Notes: generated by a model not told the origin, from the letters alone. Shown: positions 1 through 11,002, counted from the stretch's first letter. The stretch: 64,000 nt of DNA from a virus (IMGVR_UViG_3300009031_000368:96001-160000), one strand, 5' to 3'. Made by a program: numbers and translations.

Positions 1-255
1 CATCTGTCGATACCGTTCACCACCAATCTCCTGTATTTGTTTAATATATCCCGCAATCAATTGCATTGTGGCAGTCGTCTTACCGGAACCTGGACGGCCT
101 GAAATTCTAATGGTGCCTGTTGGAAATACATCGGGCAGCTTGCCTAATGGAATGGACTTTCCTGTTTCCTCTTCCATTACAAACTGTTTGAGAACCTCAA
201 TCGCATCTGTTACTTCTTTTCGGTTACCGGTATCTACCTCAATTGACAGTTTCAT
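1..255 (-). CDS. P-loop NTPase (RecA/RadA/KaiC-like), 3' end runs off the window
   Basis: Not in the ORF track. Hand translation from ATG at 255 (SD AAAGG upstream) is open to base 1: MKLSIEVDTG...TIRISGRPGSGKTTATMQLIAGY..., with Walker A GRPGSGKT. Confidence 0.7.
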   Translation of the reverse strand, partial: MKLSIEVDTGNRKEVTDAIEVLKQFVMEEETGKSIPLGKLPDVFPTGTIRISGRPGSGKTTATMQLIAGYIKQIQEIGGERYRQM

Positions 256-271
256 ACATTTACCTTTCTAT

Positions 272-1129
272 TTACTTTAATGGTCCAACCGACACGATCA
301 TCTCTTCAACAAATTGCCGGTTTGCTTTACATGACACCATTCTGGCTACTGGATGTGTCGATACATGGACGAACGGCGGTGACGGGTAAATCTTTGTAAC
401 CGTATCCTCCGTCTTATGATTCGTAATAACCACCTTCGCACCAACGTTTGCCGCGTCAACCGCTAACGCTGATAGTCGGTAATGGTCGGCGTCACCAAGC
501 CATAATGGCCCATACTCTTTAAAATTAGCCGTGGCGGAAAGTGGCACATATGGTGGATCGCAATAGATGTGGTCACCGGATTGAGCCTGCTTTAGGATTT
601 TACCAAAGTCGCCCCATAGGAATTCAGTATTCTGAACGCAATAAGAAATCATCCTAAGATCGGATTCATGCGGCAATGCAACGTATTGATACTTACCTAC
701 CGGGCTGTTGAAGACTCCAGACTTATTCTCTCGATACAATCCATTATAGCATGCATGATTGAGCCAAATCATCAGCGCGGCCTGTCGGACGTTAAACTGC
801 TCAGCTGTTACCATATCATTGAATTCCTTCTTCAAGGAATCATAATGGGCTTCAAATCCGACAATCGGTAGTGACTTCAACTCCTGCATCAAGGCATCGA
901 TATTATCTCTAACCTGTGTCCATGCATTAATCAACTTCCGGTTGCCGTCTGAAAGCTGCGCCGTTTGTGCCATTCCGGATGAAAGGACATAAAGCTCTAA
1001 CGCGCCACCACCCAGGAATGGAGACCGAAACGTTCCTTCGCACTTCTTTCCAAATGCCGCCGCAATATATTGTGCCAGGCGCGACTTGCCGCCTGCCCAC
1101 TTCCAGGGAGACTTAACTGTTGCTGCCAT
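272..1129 (-). CDS. dam: DNA adenine methyltransferase (Dam/D12 class)
   Basis: KSPWKWAGGKSRL N-terminal motif, FLGGG motif I, LNHACYNGLYRENKSGVFNSPVG, DPPY catalytic motif. Confidence 0.92.
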   Translation of the reverse strand: MAATVKSPWKWAGGKSRLAQYIAAAFGKKCEGTFRSPFLGGGALELYVLSSGMAQTAQLSDGNRKLINAWTQVRDNIDALMQELKSLPIVGFEAHYDSLKKEFNDMVTAEQFNVRQAALMIWLNHACYNGLYRENKSGVFNSPVGKYQYVALPHESDLRMISYCVQNTEFLWGDFGKILKQAQSGDHIYCDPPYVPLSATANFKEYGPLWLGDADHYRLSALAVDAANVGAKVVITNHKTEDTVTKIYPSPPFVHVSTHPVARMVSCKANRQFVEEMIVSVGPLK

Positions 1130-1149
1130 TTTCTACCTTCTCTTCAACT

Positions 1150-1995
1150 TTAATTAGCCCATGATAAATCTAACCATCGCAGTATGTTACAAACTTGACC
1201 AGTATCGCAATTTACTACACTATATCCAATTGATTTCTTTCCACACCATGGTTTCCATCTTTCGACCGGCCCACGATTGCCTGACACATAACAAACGGCA
1301 TCAAATATTCCAATCTTTTCCGCTGCTATACGATCAGTTAGTTCATACAGTCGTTCGTAAAACATACGTTCTGCTTCATCGGGCGACACTGGAATAATTG
1401 TTTCCTTCAACGGCTCCACGTTGATGTTCCATTTCAATCCGCCATCCTTCATGAGATCGCGCTTTTCGGTCACCAATAACACATTGTCGGCATACTTGAG
1501 ATACCATGGTTCAACGTCGGGCAATCCGAGCCATCTCCAAGCTGTTGACATCCCGCGCTTTTCCACATCCCGGTATGGTTTCATTTCCGGCATATATTTC
1601 AATGGCCGGACGATATCGGACAGATATGCTTCCATGGTCTCATGAAACAATCCATACATGCCGCCGATTCGACATTCCAATTCACTGCAACAGTGACTTC
1701 TCAATATCGATTCGATCAATCGTGAAACTCTAACCGAGTGTTCGGCAACCGAGTAGAATTTGAGACAATGACCGCAAAACCGGCAAAGCTTACTCAGTGA
1801 TGCCGCAATATCTTGTACGCTGAAATCCTCAACCCGCACATCTAGTGGATAAAACTTTCGCGCCGAATATGTTTGCGACCAGTCACCATGACGTGGTTCA
1901 CTGTTGGCTTGAAGTCCATTTATGTCAGCAATGGTCTGCCTATCTATTTCAGACATCATGTTCCATAATGATTCATTGTAACCGTCATGTATCAT
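1150..1995 (-). CDS. HD-domain phosphohydrolase (YfbR/YfdR-like 5'-deoxynucleotidase)
   Basis: IAASLSKLCRFCGH, FYSVAEHSVRV, LFHETMEAYLSDIVRPLK, ADNVLLVTEKRDL, typical of phage YfdR-like HD proteins. Confidence 0.82.
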   Translation of the reverse strand: MIHDGYNESLWNMMSEIDRQTIADINGLQANSEPRHGDWSQTYSARKFYPLDVRVEDFSVQDIAASLSKLCRFCGHCLKFYSVAEHSVRVSRLIESILRSHCCSELECRIGGMYGLFHETMEAYLSDIVRPLKYMPEMKPYRDVEKRGMSTAWRWLGLPDVEPWYLKYADNVLLVTEKRDLMKDGGLKWNINVEPLKETIIPVSPDEAERMFYERLYELTDRIAAEKIGIFDAVCYVSGNRGPVERWKPWCGKKSIGYSVVNCDTGQVCNILRWLDLSWAN

Positions 1996-2572
1996 ATGAA
2001 CCGCCTTACCGGCACAAGCATTTCGTCATCACGCAAACGGTATAACCAGCCAGCTATACTGAATCGACGTTCACATTTAACCATTTTGAGCTTGATGTCA
2101 ACTGCACCATTGTTCCCGTTTATATCATCAAAAACCGTCGCAATCTGCCATCCAATAATGCGGATTAGTGGATTGATGACTACATTTAACAAACTTCTAT
2201 GGCTAACGATGTTACCAGCAGCATCTACAACGATACCTAGATTTAAACAAATCATGATGGGCTCTTTTCGGTTGCCTGATTGAATGTAAGCGTTATGCCT
2301 CTCTGATAGAAAGAAAGCCTAACATCATTGTCCAAATGATAACCGTTTAGCATCGATACGAATTCAGCACAGCTATCTGTTGTCTCGAACTGAAACAAAT
2401 AATAGGAGTGTCGTATCGTCTCTGGTTTTATTATACATAGTGTAGCAAGCTCTTCAGAAACCGCATAGCTCTCTGTTTCCAGCACGCAAAACACGCCTGT
2501 AGTTGCTGCCGACAATCGTTCCATATATGGTTTTACAAAAGATTCTGCGTCCAGATGAGTTTCAACAATCAT
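1992..2572 (-). CDS. Two hypothetical proteins (1992..2255, 2252..2572)
   Basis: Co-oriented ORFs coupled by ATGA overlaps. Confidence 0.6.
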
Positions 2573-2591
2573 TGCTTTATTTCCTTTATCA

Positions 2592-3839
2592 TTAAGCCGT
2601 TAATTCGGCCAATCTATTTTCTACCATTTGCCTAACTAGGTCATATTCAAACCGGTGCGTCCGCCACCATTCACGGATCGCCTTCTGCGACGAAAATTCC
2701 TCACCGGCCAGATAATACTTATTGCCTTCCTGTTGAATCAGTTCCAGCTTCATACAGATTGAAAAGATGTAATCCGATTCAAGAATCTGTCCAAGCCGTA
2801 CTCCGCGCTCCGGATTATTGGTGAGCGACATACGGAAGGATCCATCGCGCAACGGCGCACCAGTTTTATTCTTTGTAACCTTGAAATTCACAGTAATTTC
2901 CAGCGGAACCTTAACTTTATCATCCTTGGCGGTTCCGATTTGAACTTCCTCAACAACTTTGTCGGATGTCCAAAACCTCACATCCAGCGAATCGGCAAAT
3001 TCTTGTCCCTTCCCACCAGGTCTGGTCGTTGGATCACCATATGACATTCCTATTTTTTGTCTGATCTGTTGGAGACAAAGAATCGTTGGCGCCGTATGAA
3101 AGTTGTTATACGCTTCATTCGTACCGGCAACCCACTTCCTAAACGCCTTATTTAGCAACCTGGCTTGAAGACCCTGCTGCCAGTCCTCCGAAGAAGATTC
3201 TATTTCCTTGGATGGTGTCAGTGCGGCAATGGAATCAATGATGACCAAATCTATTGAGCCACTCTGGATAGCTGAACTGACAAGATCAATGGTTCGCTCT
3301 GCCGTTTCTGGCTGACTAAGAAGAAGCCGGTCTAGGTCAACGCCATGAAGTTCTGCCCAACCTGGATCGAAAGTGCCTTCTTGATCAAAGAACCAACAAA
3401 TGAATTCTGAGAATGAATTCTGCTGGAGTCCGGCCAGTCGCTCCTTGTATTCCTTATCCTTTTCATTCGGCCACTGAACCGGAATCCATAATCCAGCCTT
3501 TACGCAATCACATGTCGCTATTGCACGCTTGTTGGTGCCTGTTTCATCAGTTACATCTTCAACATGGAGATCGCGCGGTTCACGCCAACAATGCCTGCAA
3601 AGCCTTTGCGCGGCTGCAATCACCATACATGCTGCCGTTGTTTTTCCTGAACTACATTCACCAAAAAATTGTGTAATGCGGCCTCGCGGGACACCACCAC
3701 CGGTTGCATGATTGAAGCTAACTGAACCAATCTTAATTCTATCAAGCTTCGGGATAGACCTTGCAGAACGTACCACGTCATAGCTGTATGTTTTATCCGC
3801 CGCTTTCACTATCTGATTAATTACATCGAATCTATTCAT
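2592..3839 (-). CDS. recA: RecA recombinase with Cys-rich insertion
   Basis: GGGVPRGRITQFFGECSSGKTT, VIIDSIAAL, GLQARLLNKAFRK, QQIRQKIG, PGGKGQEF, KNKTGAP; insertion with CRHC...CDC after Walker A. Confidence 0.93.
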   Translation of the reverse strand: MNRFDVINQIVKAADKTYSYDVVRSARSIPKLDRIKIGSVSFNHATGGGVPRGRITQFFGECSSGKTTAACMVIAAAQRLCRHCWREPRDLHVEDVTDETGTNKRAIATCDCVKAGLWIPVQWPNEKDKEYKERLAGLQQNSFSEFICWFFDQEGTFDPGWAELHGVDLDRLLLSQPETAERTIDLVSSAIQSGSIDLVIIDSIAALTPSKEIESSSEDWQQGLQARLLNKAFRKWVAGTNEAYNNFHTAPTILCLQQIRQKIGMSYGDPTTRPGGKGQEFADSLDVRFWTSDKVVEEVQIGTAKDDKVKVPLEITVNFKVTKNKTGAPLRDGSFRMSLTNNPERGVRLGQILESDYIFSICMKLELIQQEGNKYYLAGEEFSSQKAIREWWRTHRFEYDLVRQMVENRLAELTA

Positions 3840-3842
3840 CTA

Positions 3843-4373
3843 TCACCTTCTGTATGCTGCATGAATGGCATCTACCCGCTCGCCAATCTTCGCTTCCATC
3901 CAAGCATCTAATTCTGCAATTGATTGCGCGAGGTTGGTACTACTACATGGAATGGTTCGCCCAACATCGGCCTTTGCGAACCTGTAGTCGCCGACATTAA
4001 TCGTTATACCATAATCCAACCATATTAGCAACAATGGTGTATTGAACGACATATTAAAATCCGGCCTTACCGCGTCGCCTTTAAAGGCAGCCGATTCATA
4101 ATTGAGCCAAGCTCTCACTTGGTCCAATATTGCCTGATAACATTCATCATGTCTGTTTGGTTCAACATAAGCCGTGATCCCGACATTAATGCGCGCCGAT
4201 TCATTCTTTGGCAATGTAACCGTTTTACCAAGTTTAACTGAAACAGGTAGCATCATTTGATCAGATGTTATATCGAATAGCTTTGGCTCAACGATATCGT
4301 TTTCAATGGATTCTTGTTCTGCGCCTTTAAATAAGGCTTGTGTAACATAAAAGTTACCATTAACTGAAATCAT
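3843..4373 (-). CDS. Hypothetical protein
   Basis: 176-aa ORF in the operon between clpP-like and recA. Confidence 0.6.
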   Translation of the reverse strand: MISVNGNFYVTQALFKGAEQESIENDIVEPKLFDITSDQMMLPVSVKLGKTVTLPKNESARINVGITAYVEPNRHDECYQAILDQVRAWLNYESAAFKGDAVRPDFNMSFNTPLLLIWLDYGITINVGDYRFAKADVGRTIPCSSTNLAQSIAELDAWMEAKIGERVDAIHAAYRR

Positions 4374-4387
4374 AGTAAAAATATTCC

Positions 4388-5014
4388 TTATATCTGTGTT
4401 CTGTCATTCAAGGTAAAACGGTATTCAACATTGATCCGTGTAACAAATTGTGGAATTCCGATATGATTGGCCAAATTATGCTTTATGCATTCTGTCGCAT
4501 CAAGGTGCCAATCGGCATGGCCTTTTTCATGGATGATTTCCTTGAAATATGACGGCTTATGTCCACAATTCAATGCCATCCGTTCCATCAATACGTTGTT
4601 TAGATTATTGGCATGGTCGGCTGTTGCGTTAAATTCCGTAACCTTACTAAAATCTCCAGTTAACACCTCATGAATCATACAGTATCCGCTTGGTGCAATA
4701 TATCTAACTTGCCCGCAACTAAACAGTACCGCACCACACGACATCGCCTTTCCCGTTACAATGGTCGCGACTGGAATCTTTGAAGCCTTAACGATATCCA
4801 TCATGGCAAAAAGGCTATGGATGATTCCACCATAGCTATCTATCACGACTGGAATTACCGGTTGACCTGTTTGATGCGCGGTAGAAAAACTGGCTGCGAA
4901 TTCCTTGACCGATTTTTCATTGAAATCATTTACCCAAACCGTAACCGGCAGACTCAAGATATCGGCCGGTTGCTTAATGTTGAGCCTTGGATCTATATCG
5001 AAGTAATTCAGCAT
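4388..5014 (-). CDS. clpP: ClpP-like serine protease
   Basis: VIDSYGG, TIVTGKAMSCGAVLFSCG (catalytic Ser), CMIHE (catalytic His), WHLDATECIKHNLANHI. Confidence 0.88.
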   Translation of the reverse strand: MLNYFDIDPRLNIKQPADILSLPVTVWVNDFNEKSVKEFAASFSTAHQTGQPVIPVVIDSYGGIIHSLFAMMDIVKASKIPVATIVTGKAMSCGAVLFSCGQVRYIAPSGYCMIHEVLTGDFSKVTEFNATADHANNLNNVLMERMALNCGHKPSYFKEIIHEKGHADWHLDATECIKHNLANHIGIPQFVTRINVEYRFTLNDRTQI

Positions 5015-5016
5015 GG

Positions 5017-5208
5017 CTACACCACACCATACAACGATACACGGCTGACATGCTCCTGCTCATCAGCAGCTAGCCTGTCCCAAATAGCATCAAGTTGATT
5101 TCTCTGTTCAACCTCTTCCTCTGTTTCCTTGTCGTATACCGACATCAGCCGTCTAAGTTCTTTTTCGGCATCCAGGTATTCTTCGATAAGAATCTGATTC
5201 ATAATCAT
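5017..5208 (-). CDS. Small hypothetical protein
   Basis: 63-aa helical ORF in operon. Confidence 0.5.
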   Translation of the reverse strand: MIMNQILIEEYLDAEKELRRLMSVYDKETEEEVEQRNQLDAIWDRLAADEQEHVSRVSLYGVV

Positions 5209-5310
5209 TATCCCTTGATTTGTGGCACACCATAATGTGAAAGAAAGTTGACATATGGTCCGAACAAGTAAACGTTATATCCATCATCGTAACTTCGATA
5301 CAAGACATAG

Positions 5311-5769
5311 TCACTGCCTGGTGGAATCGTTTCCCATATCCCCATTTTGATCTGTCCCATAAACTGATTCATCCAATTGTCGTTTTAATTCCATCATTGC
5401 CGCGTTACTGCAACGTGCCGGATGTGGTGTTTTAATGATCTGATATACACCATTCAAACAATCTACACCATCGCCGGCAATCCTACCGAAACATATCACA
5501 ATATCTGGATTGTGTCGTTCAATCTGTTGTTTGATGTGATCAATATCTGCTTTATTGCAAGAGTTAGATGTAAAACCATGAATCGGACTCGCATCACAGA
5601 ATTGCATCATTGTCAGATGCTCGCCAACCGATGCAACAATCCTCTTACCTGTTTTACTCCTCAACAACAACCGCCTCATGAAGGCTTCATCGTCTCGAAA
5701 CCTATCTATGACTTCCTGCCTGGTACCCGGCTTAAACCACGGATTTTGCAACATGGCCAATATTTTCAT
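5311..5769 (-). CDS. Uracil-DNA glycosylase-like fold protein
   Basis: ILAMLQNPW, PDIVICFGRIA, KTPHPA motifs of the UDG superfamily; start moved to ATG 5769 (SD AAGGA). Confidence 0.65.
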   Translation of the reverse strand: MKILAMLQNPWFKPGTRQEVIDRFRDDEAFMRRLLLRSKTGKRIVASVGEHLTMMQFCDASPIHGFTSNSCNKADIDHIKQQIERHNPDIVICFGRIAGDGVDCLNGVYQIIKTPHPARCSNAAMMELKRQLDESVYGTDQNGDMGNDSTRQ

Positions 5770-5776
5770 AATTTCC

Positions 5777-5804
5777 TTGACAAAATATCGATGTGTGATA
5801 TGTT
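5777..5804 (+). promoter_or_regulatory. Sigma70-type promoter for the PRTase gene
   Basis: TTGACA-N16-TATGTT with TG extended -10. Confidence 0.6.
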
Positions 5805-5823
5805 GTGCTACAAATAACGATAT

Positions 5824-6345
5824 TTGGAGCATGGTATGCATTATTCCCGATATGCTCAGCGCCCACGATTACTGGCCTTGACGGCTAAAGATATTGCCGA
5901 GATGCTTACAACCAAGTATCCTGGCCGTAAATATATTCTGTGTTACACGGGCTTGAGCGGTATCACGCTGTCTACCGCCATCGGTCTTCAGCTTTTTACC
6001 TGTCACGGCATTGAGCCGGGATACATTTACGTGCGCAAGAAAGGTGAGGATTGCCATGGGGATTCCGTAGAGCATGAAAATTGCTTAAATGTGCGATTAA
6101 GAACCAAAACAGACCTGTACGTTTTTGTCGATGATTTCATATCTGATGGCGATACGATGAATAGGCTACTCACAATATGTAAGGATAAAATAAATTCAAA
6201 ATGGTATACTCTAGATACTCTACCCCATACGGCACTATCACGACGGAATGCCGTCATAGTACTGGGTCGCACCAGTAGGACAGAACCGTTTAAATTCGGA
6301 AGATATCAGATACCGGTTATAGGTTTCAATAAAGATTTATACTAG
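5824..6345 (+). CDS. Type I phosphoribosyltransferase (OPRT/APRT-like)
   Basis: PRPP-binding loop YVFVDDFISDGDT, GLSGITLSTAI, YIYVRKKGEDCHG. Confidence 0.8.
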   Translation: MEHGMHYSRYAQRPRLLALTAKDIAEMLTTKYPGRKYILCYTGLSGITLSTAIGLQLFTCHGIEPGYIYVRKKGEDCHGDSVEHENCLNVRLRTKTDLYVFVDDFISDGDTMNRLLTICKDKINSKWYTLDTLPHTALSRRNAVIVLGRTSRTEPFKFGRYQIPVIGFNKDLY

Positions 6346-7286
6346 ACATGCCAGTTTAAGCCTAGCTCGGACCATGTTTTAGGATAATCGGACTGTTCAT
6401 TGATCCATTCAGTAACATCTAGTGTTTCATTCCGCTTAAATGCCTGCAAACAGTTATATGTTTCATATGTTGATAGAAACTCCAATATGTCCGACATATC
6501 CCAACCGTCATACAGTTCGCCGTGAATATAAACGTAAAGATCTGGCTCACCATCATCTGTAAAGGTCTGTACTATTTCAAGGCTTAATATTTCTCCATCA
6601 CATTCAACAATACCGCCCAAGCGCCTATCCAATCAATACACTCCTTTCGCGCAATCAATTGCATGTCAATATGCTGACGATATTTTCTCCATAACTTCAT
6701 CAACATCTTGCCAGTATCGTTTATTACATTCTACTTGTTGCTCAAATTCAATCGGGCGATCATTCAACCACCTATGGAGACTGGTCAACATGATTGATGA
6801 CATGTCATCGGGATGCGTGATCTGATCTGTCGTTCATGTGCGAACCGTGGTATCTGAATAATGGGGAGGTGCAATAACCAATAAATTTCTATTATAGACC
6901 AAATACGCGACTACAATACGTTCAATGTTAGGATTATGAACATCTAGTCGTCCGTCATGATCTGCACATAGGCGAATTCCTACGTGGAGACAGTTTGAAC
7001 AACGGCACAACCGCTCACCGGTAATAGCTTCATAGCTTTTTACAAAATCATTACAGACATCTTCACTGCATTCAATTTCATCACACATTATTGATTCATA
7101 AAACGTAAGTTCTTCACCACACGAGACAGCCCCATCTTTTGTTATCCCGACGATATTTAGGAAATAATCACCATTCCTATACTGCCTGTATTGGCTATAT
7201 TCTGAATCATGTCCACCATCTGTCGCAATAACTGACCATCGCGCAATCGACTCTGTTGCTTTTACGGTTTGCATAAATCTAATCAT
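6342..7286 (-). CDS. Hypothetical proteins (6342..6632, 6834..7286)
   Basis: Co-oriented ORFs, no recognisable motifs. Confidence 0.55.
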
Positions 7287-7443
7287 CCTTGATTTAAGGG
7301 ATCACGATTCCGTGTTGCCGCGAAACGTAAATATTCCAAACTTAAAGCATAGAATATCTCAAACGGCACTGACGGCATAATAGCACAAGTTGAGGAATAT
7401 GGAGGAATGTGATTGCTGATTTGGCAGGATGATGTGCTGAAGT

Positions 7444-9045
7444 TTACTTTGTGGTCTTTGCATTTGTCTTCCGGATGGAAGGCCCGCTAAATATGCTACA
7501 TGATTTAACTTCTGGCTCATAGTCAGTATTTTCTACTCGCCGCATGCCTTCTGGGATAATAACCACATATTTGCCAACAACGCCAGGATGTGCGGTTAGT
7601 AGTGCAACCCATGAATTGACAAAGTGTTTATTGTATGAATCAATATGATAGATAACAGGAGACCCGGGAGCGCCTTTAGTACTACGTCGTTGCCCATACA
7701 ATGCTGCTTCTGCGATATCATTAGAATTGTTTTCACTTACATGATTCACACCTTTCCAGGTTTTATCTTCACATAGAAATCCACGGATACGAAGGATTTG
7801 CTCTGCCTCTTCTCTCGATGAAACAATATGCTTGCTGTAGTCTCGTACAGTTTTATACGGAGACCACGGCCTAATTCTGTCAGCCAACTGAACACCACGT
7901 TTTACAAGCTCTTCAGCAGAAATACGGCCAGCCGCATACAGAAAGACATCCCTGTTGCCATATACGCGGATTTTACAATCTTTACCCTTGTAAGATCCTC
8001 CGTAATGTGCAACACGAAGCATTGCCTGTGCCATCGTGGCATAGTTGCTGGAACCCACTGGACGGTAATCATGCCAGAACGAAATATACTGATGGAATTT
8101 AACCTCCGTTGATCTTGTTGCCGTTTGAGCAATCAACAGAATCGTCTTACGCTTTTTAAGAAAAACAGCGTCACAAAAGCTGGTAGCCCAATCGAATTCT
8201 TTGTTTTTGTAATCATCATCATCGGTTGTATTACTCTGAGCAGAGTCGCACCCAATAAACTTCACATCGAAACCACGTTCAGTTAATGACTTCACAAAGT
8301 CACAGCCTTCCGCCCTGATCTTTTTGAATCCATCAACGAAACGGATAACGCCAAAATACTTACCTCGCTGCGATTTGAAAAGCTTTATGGCTTCCGCGCC
8401 TTGTGCCGTAAAGCAGTTGTTGTCGAAATCCCAAAACGGTTTTGCTTCGTACATCAACTTATTGTCAAGCGACCAACCTGCCCCACGGTAATCTGCCGAT
8501 GGAATAAACGTCTTAACGATGAAATCGCCAGAAAGTCGACTATACGTGACTTCCTCATTCGTCGCTGAATACATGATAAACTTTACGCGCCGATTGTACC
8601 AAAGTGCATAAAACAAACCATCAGTATTGAGACACTGCTTTTTGTCGGTCCCGTAATCAGACTCATTAAGATGGATGACTACGGAATGTTCCTGGTTGAG
8701 ATCCAGGTACTGAGTGATCTCTTCAACAAGCTCAATCATCTTTGCACGCTTGTAAATTAGCCGAAGCCGAAGATTATGCTTTCCAAGTCTGACACGCTGG
8801 CTGGCTTCGTCGCGTCTGTTGAACGCACTTACATAATATTGCCTGTTGAGACCATTTGTCTTATACGCCCGTAAGGCATAAATCATCTTCATGATGCTTT
8901 TCCCGCACTTAACTGGTGCGTTCACCGCGACATGGCTGTTGATTAATTCCAGTTCAGCAACAAATGCTGTTGCTTCAGGGCAAGCCCGCTCAAGTTCCGC
9001 AAGATTCTTCACGTCAACGGACGGGTTAGTCACAATCAAAGACAT
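7444..9045 (-). CDS. Divergent SF2 helicase-like protein
   Basis: APVKCGKS (Walker A-like), HLNESDYG (degenerate DExD), YSAT (motif III), QAMLRVAHY (motif VI-like); start moved to ATG 9045 (SD GGAG). Confidence 0.55.
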   Translation of the reverse strand: MSLIVTNPSVDVKNLAELERACPEATAFVAELELINSHVAVNAPVKCGKSIMKMIYALRAYKTNGLNRQYYVSAFNRRDEASQRVRLGKHNLRLRLIYKRAKMIELVEEITQYLDLNQEHSVVIHLNESDYGTDKKQCLNTDGLFYALWYNRRVKFIMYSATNEEVTYSRLSGDFIVKTFIPSADYRGAGWSLDNKLMYEAKPFWDFDNNCFTAQGAEAIKLFKSQRGKYFGVIRFVDGFKKIRAEGCDFVKSLTERGFDVKFIGCDSAQSNTTDDDDYKNKEFDWATSFCDAVFLKKRKTILLIAQTATRSTEVKFHQYISFWHDYRPVGSSNYATMAQAMLRVAHYGGSYKGKDCKIRVYGNRDVFLYAAGRISAEELVKRGVQLADRIRPWSPYKTVRDYSKHIVSSREEAEQILRIRGFLCEDKTWKGVNHVSENNSNDIAEAALYGQRRSTKGAPGSPVIYHIDSYNKHFVNSWVALLTAHPGVVGKYVVIIPEGMRRVENTDYEPEVKSCSIFSGPSIRKTNAKTTK

Positions 9046-9106
9046 ACTCAAAATCTCCAGATGTAAGTGGAATATCGACAGAGTGCCAAGCCATACGACA
9101 TGGGCC

Positions 9107-9135
9107 ATATTGGCATATCGACATGAATATGTCAA
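9107..9135 (-). promoter_or_regulatory. Sigma70-type promoter
   Basis: TTGACA-N17-CAATAT with TG extension, in the intergenic gap upstream of the 9045 start. Confidence 0.5.
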
Positions 9136-9236
9136 GCAAATTTCAAGAAAATAATTCGGGCTGGATTATAGATGTTTAGTTTTAGAACTTAGAGATTTAT
9201 TACGTACGGAATATGTTGAAAATAGAAACAGGATTG

Positions 9237-10320
9237 TCATGTAAGCAACTTCTCGTTATCAGCTGCCCATAATTCTTTTGATTCTTGCAGAACTTTGCTG
9301 TAATCCGTATCAGGGTAGCGCTTATTTCCAGACAGAAGCTCATCCAATGGCGTCTTTAGCTTCATGCTCTCATCTTTGGAAAGCTTTCCTTCCCATGCAT
9401 GGTACCTATCTGCAATCTGTTGAAAATATTCCTTATGCGCTAGAAACCACTTCAACCCATCATCCAGGTTGCCGCCACGGTCCAGTAACGCCATTGTCTT
9501 AATTTCAGACAAATGAGCCGTTGCAGCAACGACGTCAGGAGTGACATCTGAATCAGCATACATATTGGTCAACTGTACCAATTCGGCCAATCCGCCAAGC
9601 CCTGTTTTATCAACTTCGATTGTTTCTTTGCCAAGAAACATTTTTGCATGTCCGCATGACTTTATCATCCGTATAAAATCATCGTCGACTTCATACTCTC
9701 TTATATATTCATTGAAGTTGATACTGCAATATCTCTTAACTGGAATACGCTCTTCAAACTGCTTCGTGGCTTCAACGATTCTACTCTTTAGCTGTTCGTC
9801 AAACGATTCCTTGACCGGTCTTATGTTTCTAACATTGTCTATCATCAGAACGGAAACAATGTAACCAGTTTTTGTCGTCAACTCCACACAATAGACGTTT
9901 GCCGTAAATCCGAATTCATGCTGGATCAGACATTCAACAGATGATTGCTTTTTCTTGTTACAAGTCACGTGTCCGAATACTTCAGTAACCGTCTGAAATG
10001 CTCCAGCAAGCCTGTCATAGTCACTTAAAGTCGAAGCAAATTCAAAAGACAGCGCATCATCTAATTTTTCAGTCACCGATTGACTCATCGCCATCCTCCT
10101 TTTCCACAACAGTAGAACTGTCTGCCAACGGGTCACCGTAAACTTGAATCATATTCTCAATATCTTCGTCGCTGGCTTTCCATCCATTCGCTCCAACTGG
10201 ACACGGTGGAAAACCATCCGTTGCAAAAGTAGTCTCTAATAGAATTTTTTTAATGTCACCAAATGCTTTTTTCTCTAATTCGCTGTCACAAACAACCATT
10301 TCTTCATTTCTATACATCAT
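9237..10320 (-). CDS. Two hypothetical proteins (9237..10136, 10069..10320)
   Basis: ORFs in operon, no recognisable motifs. Confidence 0.55.
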
Positions 10321-10341
10321 TTAAATAACCTCATATTATCG

Positions 10342-10998
10342 TTACCTTAAATTCAATACTATGTAAAATTCCGGCCTTGCTGGATGTTGGAAGCAATTTA
10401 CCGTAATTTTGTCATGTTGTTCCATCACGTCACCGATACCCACCAGATATCCGGCGTCATAGCTTGACCGTCCTTTAAAGCCAAGGATGATTTGTCGTTC
10501 AGGCACAACTGGGTGAGTAAACACCTTTAACTGCAAATATCTGGATGTTCCGATTTCGGTTAACCCGGTACCTGGTTCTGCCGTTCGGTTTAACGCTACA
10601 TCTGGAATTGTCTTATCGTTGACAATCATGAACGTTGCTGGACTTCTAATCGTATCGGTATGTATGGTGTTTGACGCAACACCAATTTCCAATTCAAGCT
10701 TTTCGGCATCAACATCCATCACGTTAGCTCTCGACATAATGCCACAAACGGCTGACCGCTCAATGGTCGCAATGATGTCGTTCAATGCTTTCGCCTTAAC
10801 GGTTTGCAACATGTCTGGACCAACCTGTTTATCGGCTATGTCGAGATTTATTTCTTGCACGCTACCATCTTCGCCTTTAACGACTTTTGCCATATACCAG
10901 TGCAGCGAGGTATCTTCACTTACATCATGAATTCCAACAATACTGTTTAGACTAGAGCCTTTAAGTGCCGACATCAACTGACTTCTAACATCACTCAT
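10342..10998 (-). CDS. T4 gp23-like major capsid fold paralog (C-terminal portion only)
   Basis: SPATFMIVN and QIILGFKGRSSYDAGYLV resemble gp23 GNFIIAS and VGYKGxNEMDAGIYY; start at ATG 10998 (SD AAGGAG). Confidence 0.65.
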   Translation of the reverse strand: MSDVRSQLMSALKGSSLNSIVGIHDVSEDTSLHWYMAKVVKGEDGSVQEINLDIADKQVGPDMLQTVKAKALNDIIATIERSAVCGIMSRANVMDVDAEKLELEIGVASNTIHTDTIRSPATFMIVNDKTIPDVALNRTAEPGTGLTEIGTSRYLQLKVFTHPVVPERQIILGFKGRSSYDAGYLVGIGDVMEQHDKITVNCFQHPARPEFYIVLNLR

Positions 10999-11002
10999 TG
11001 TT

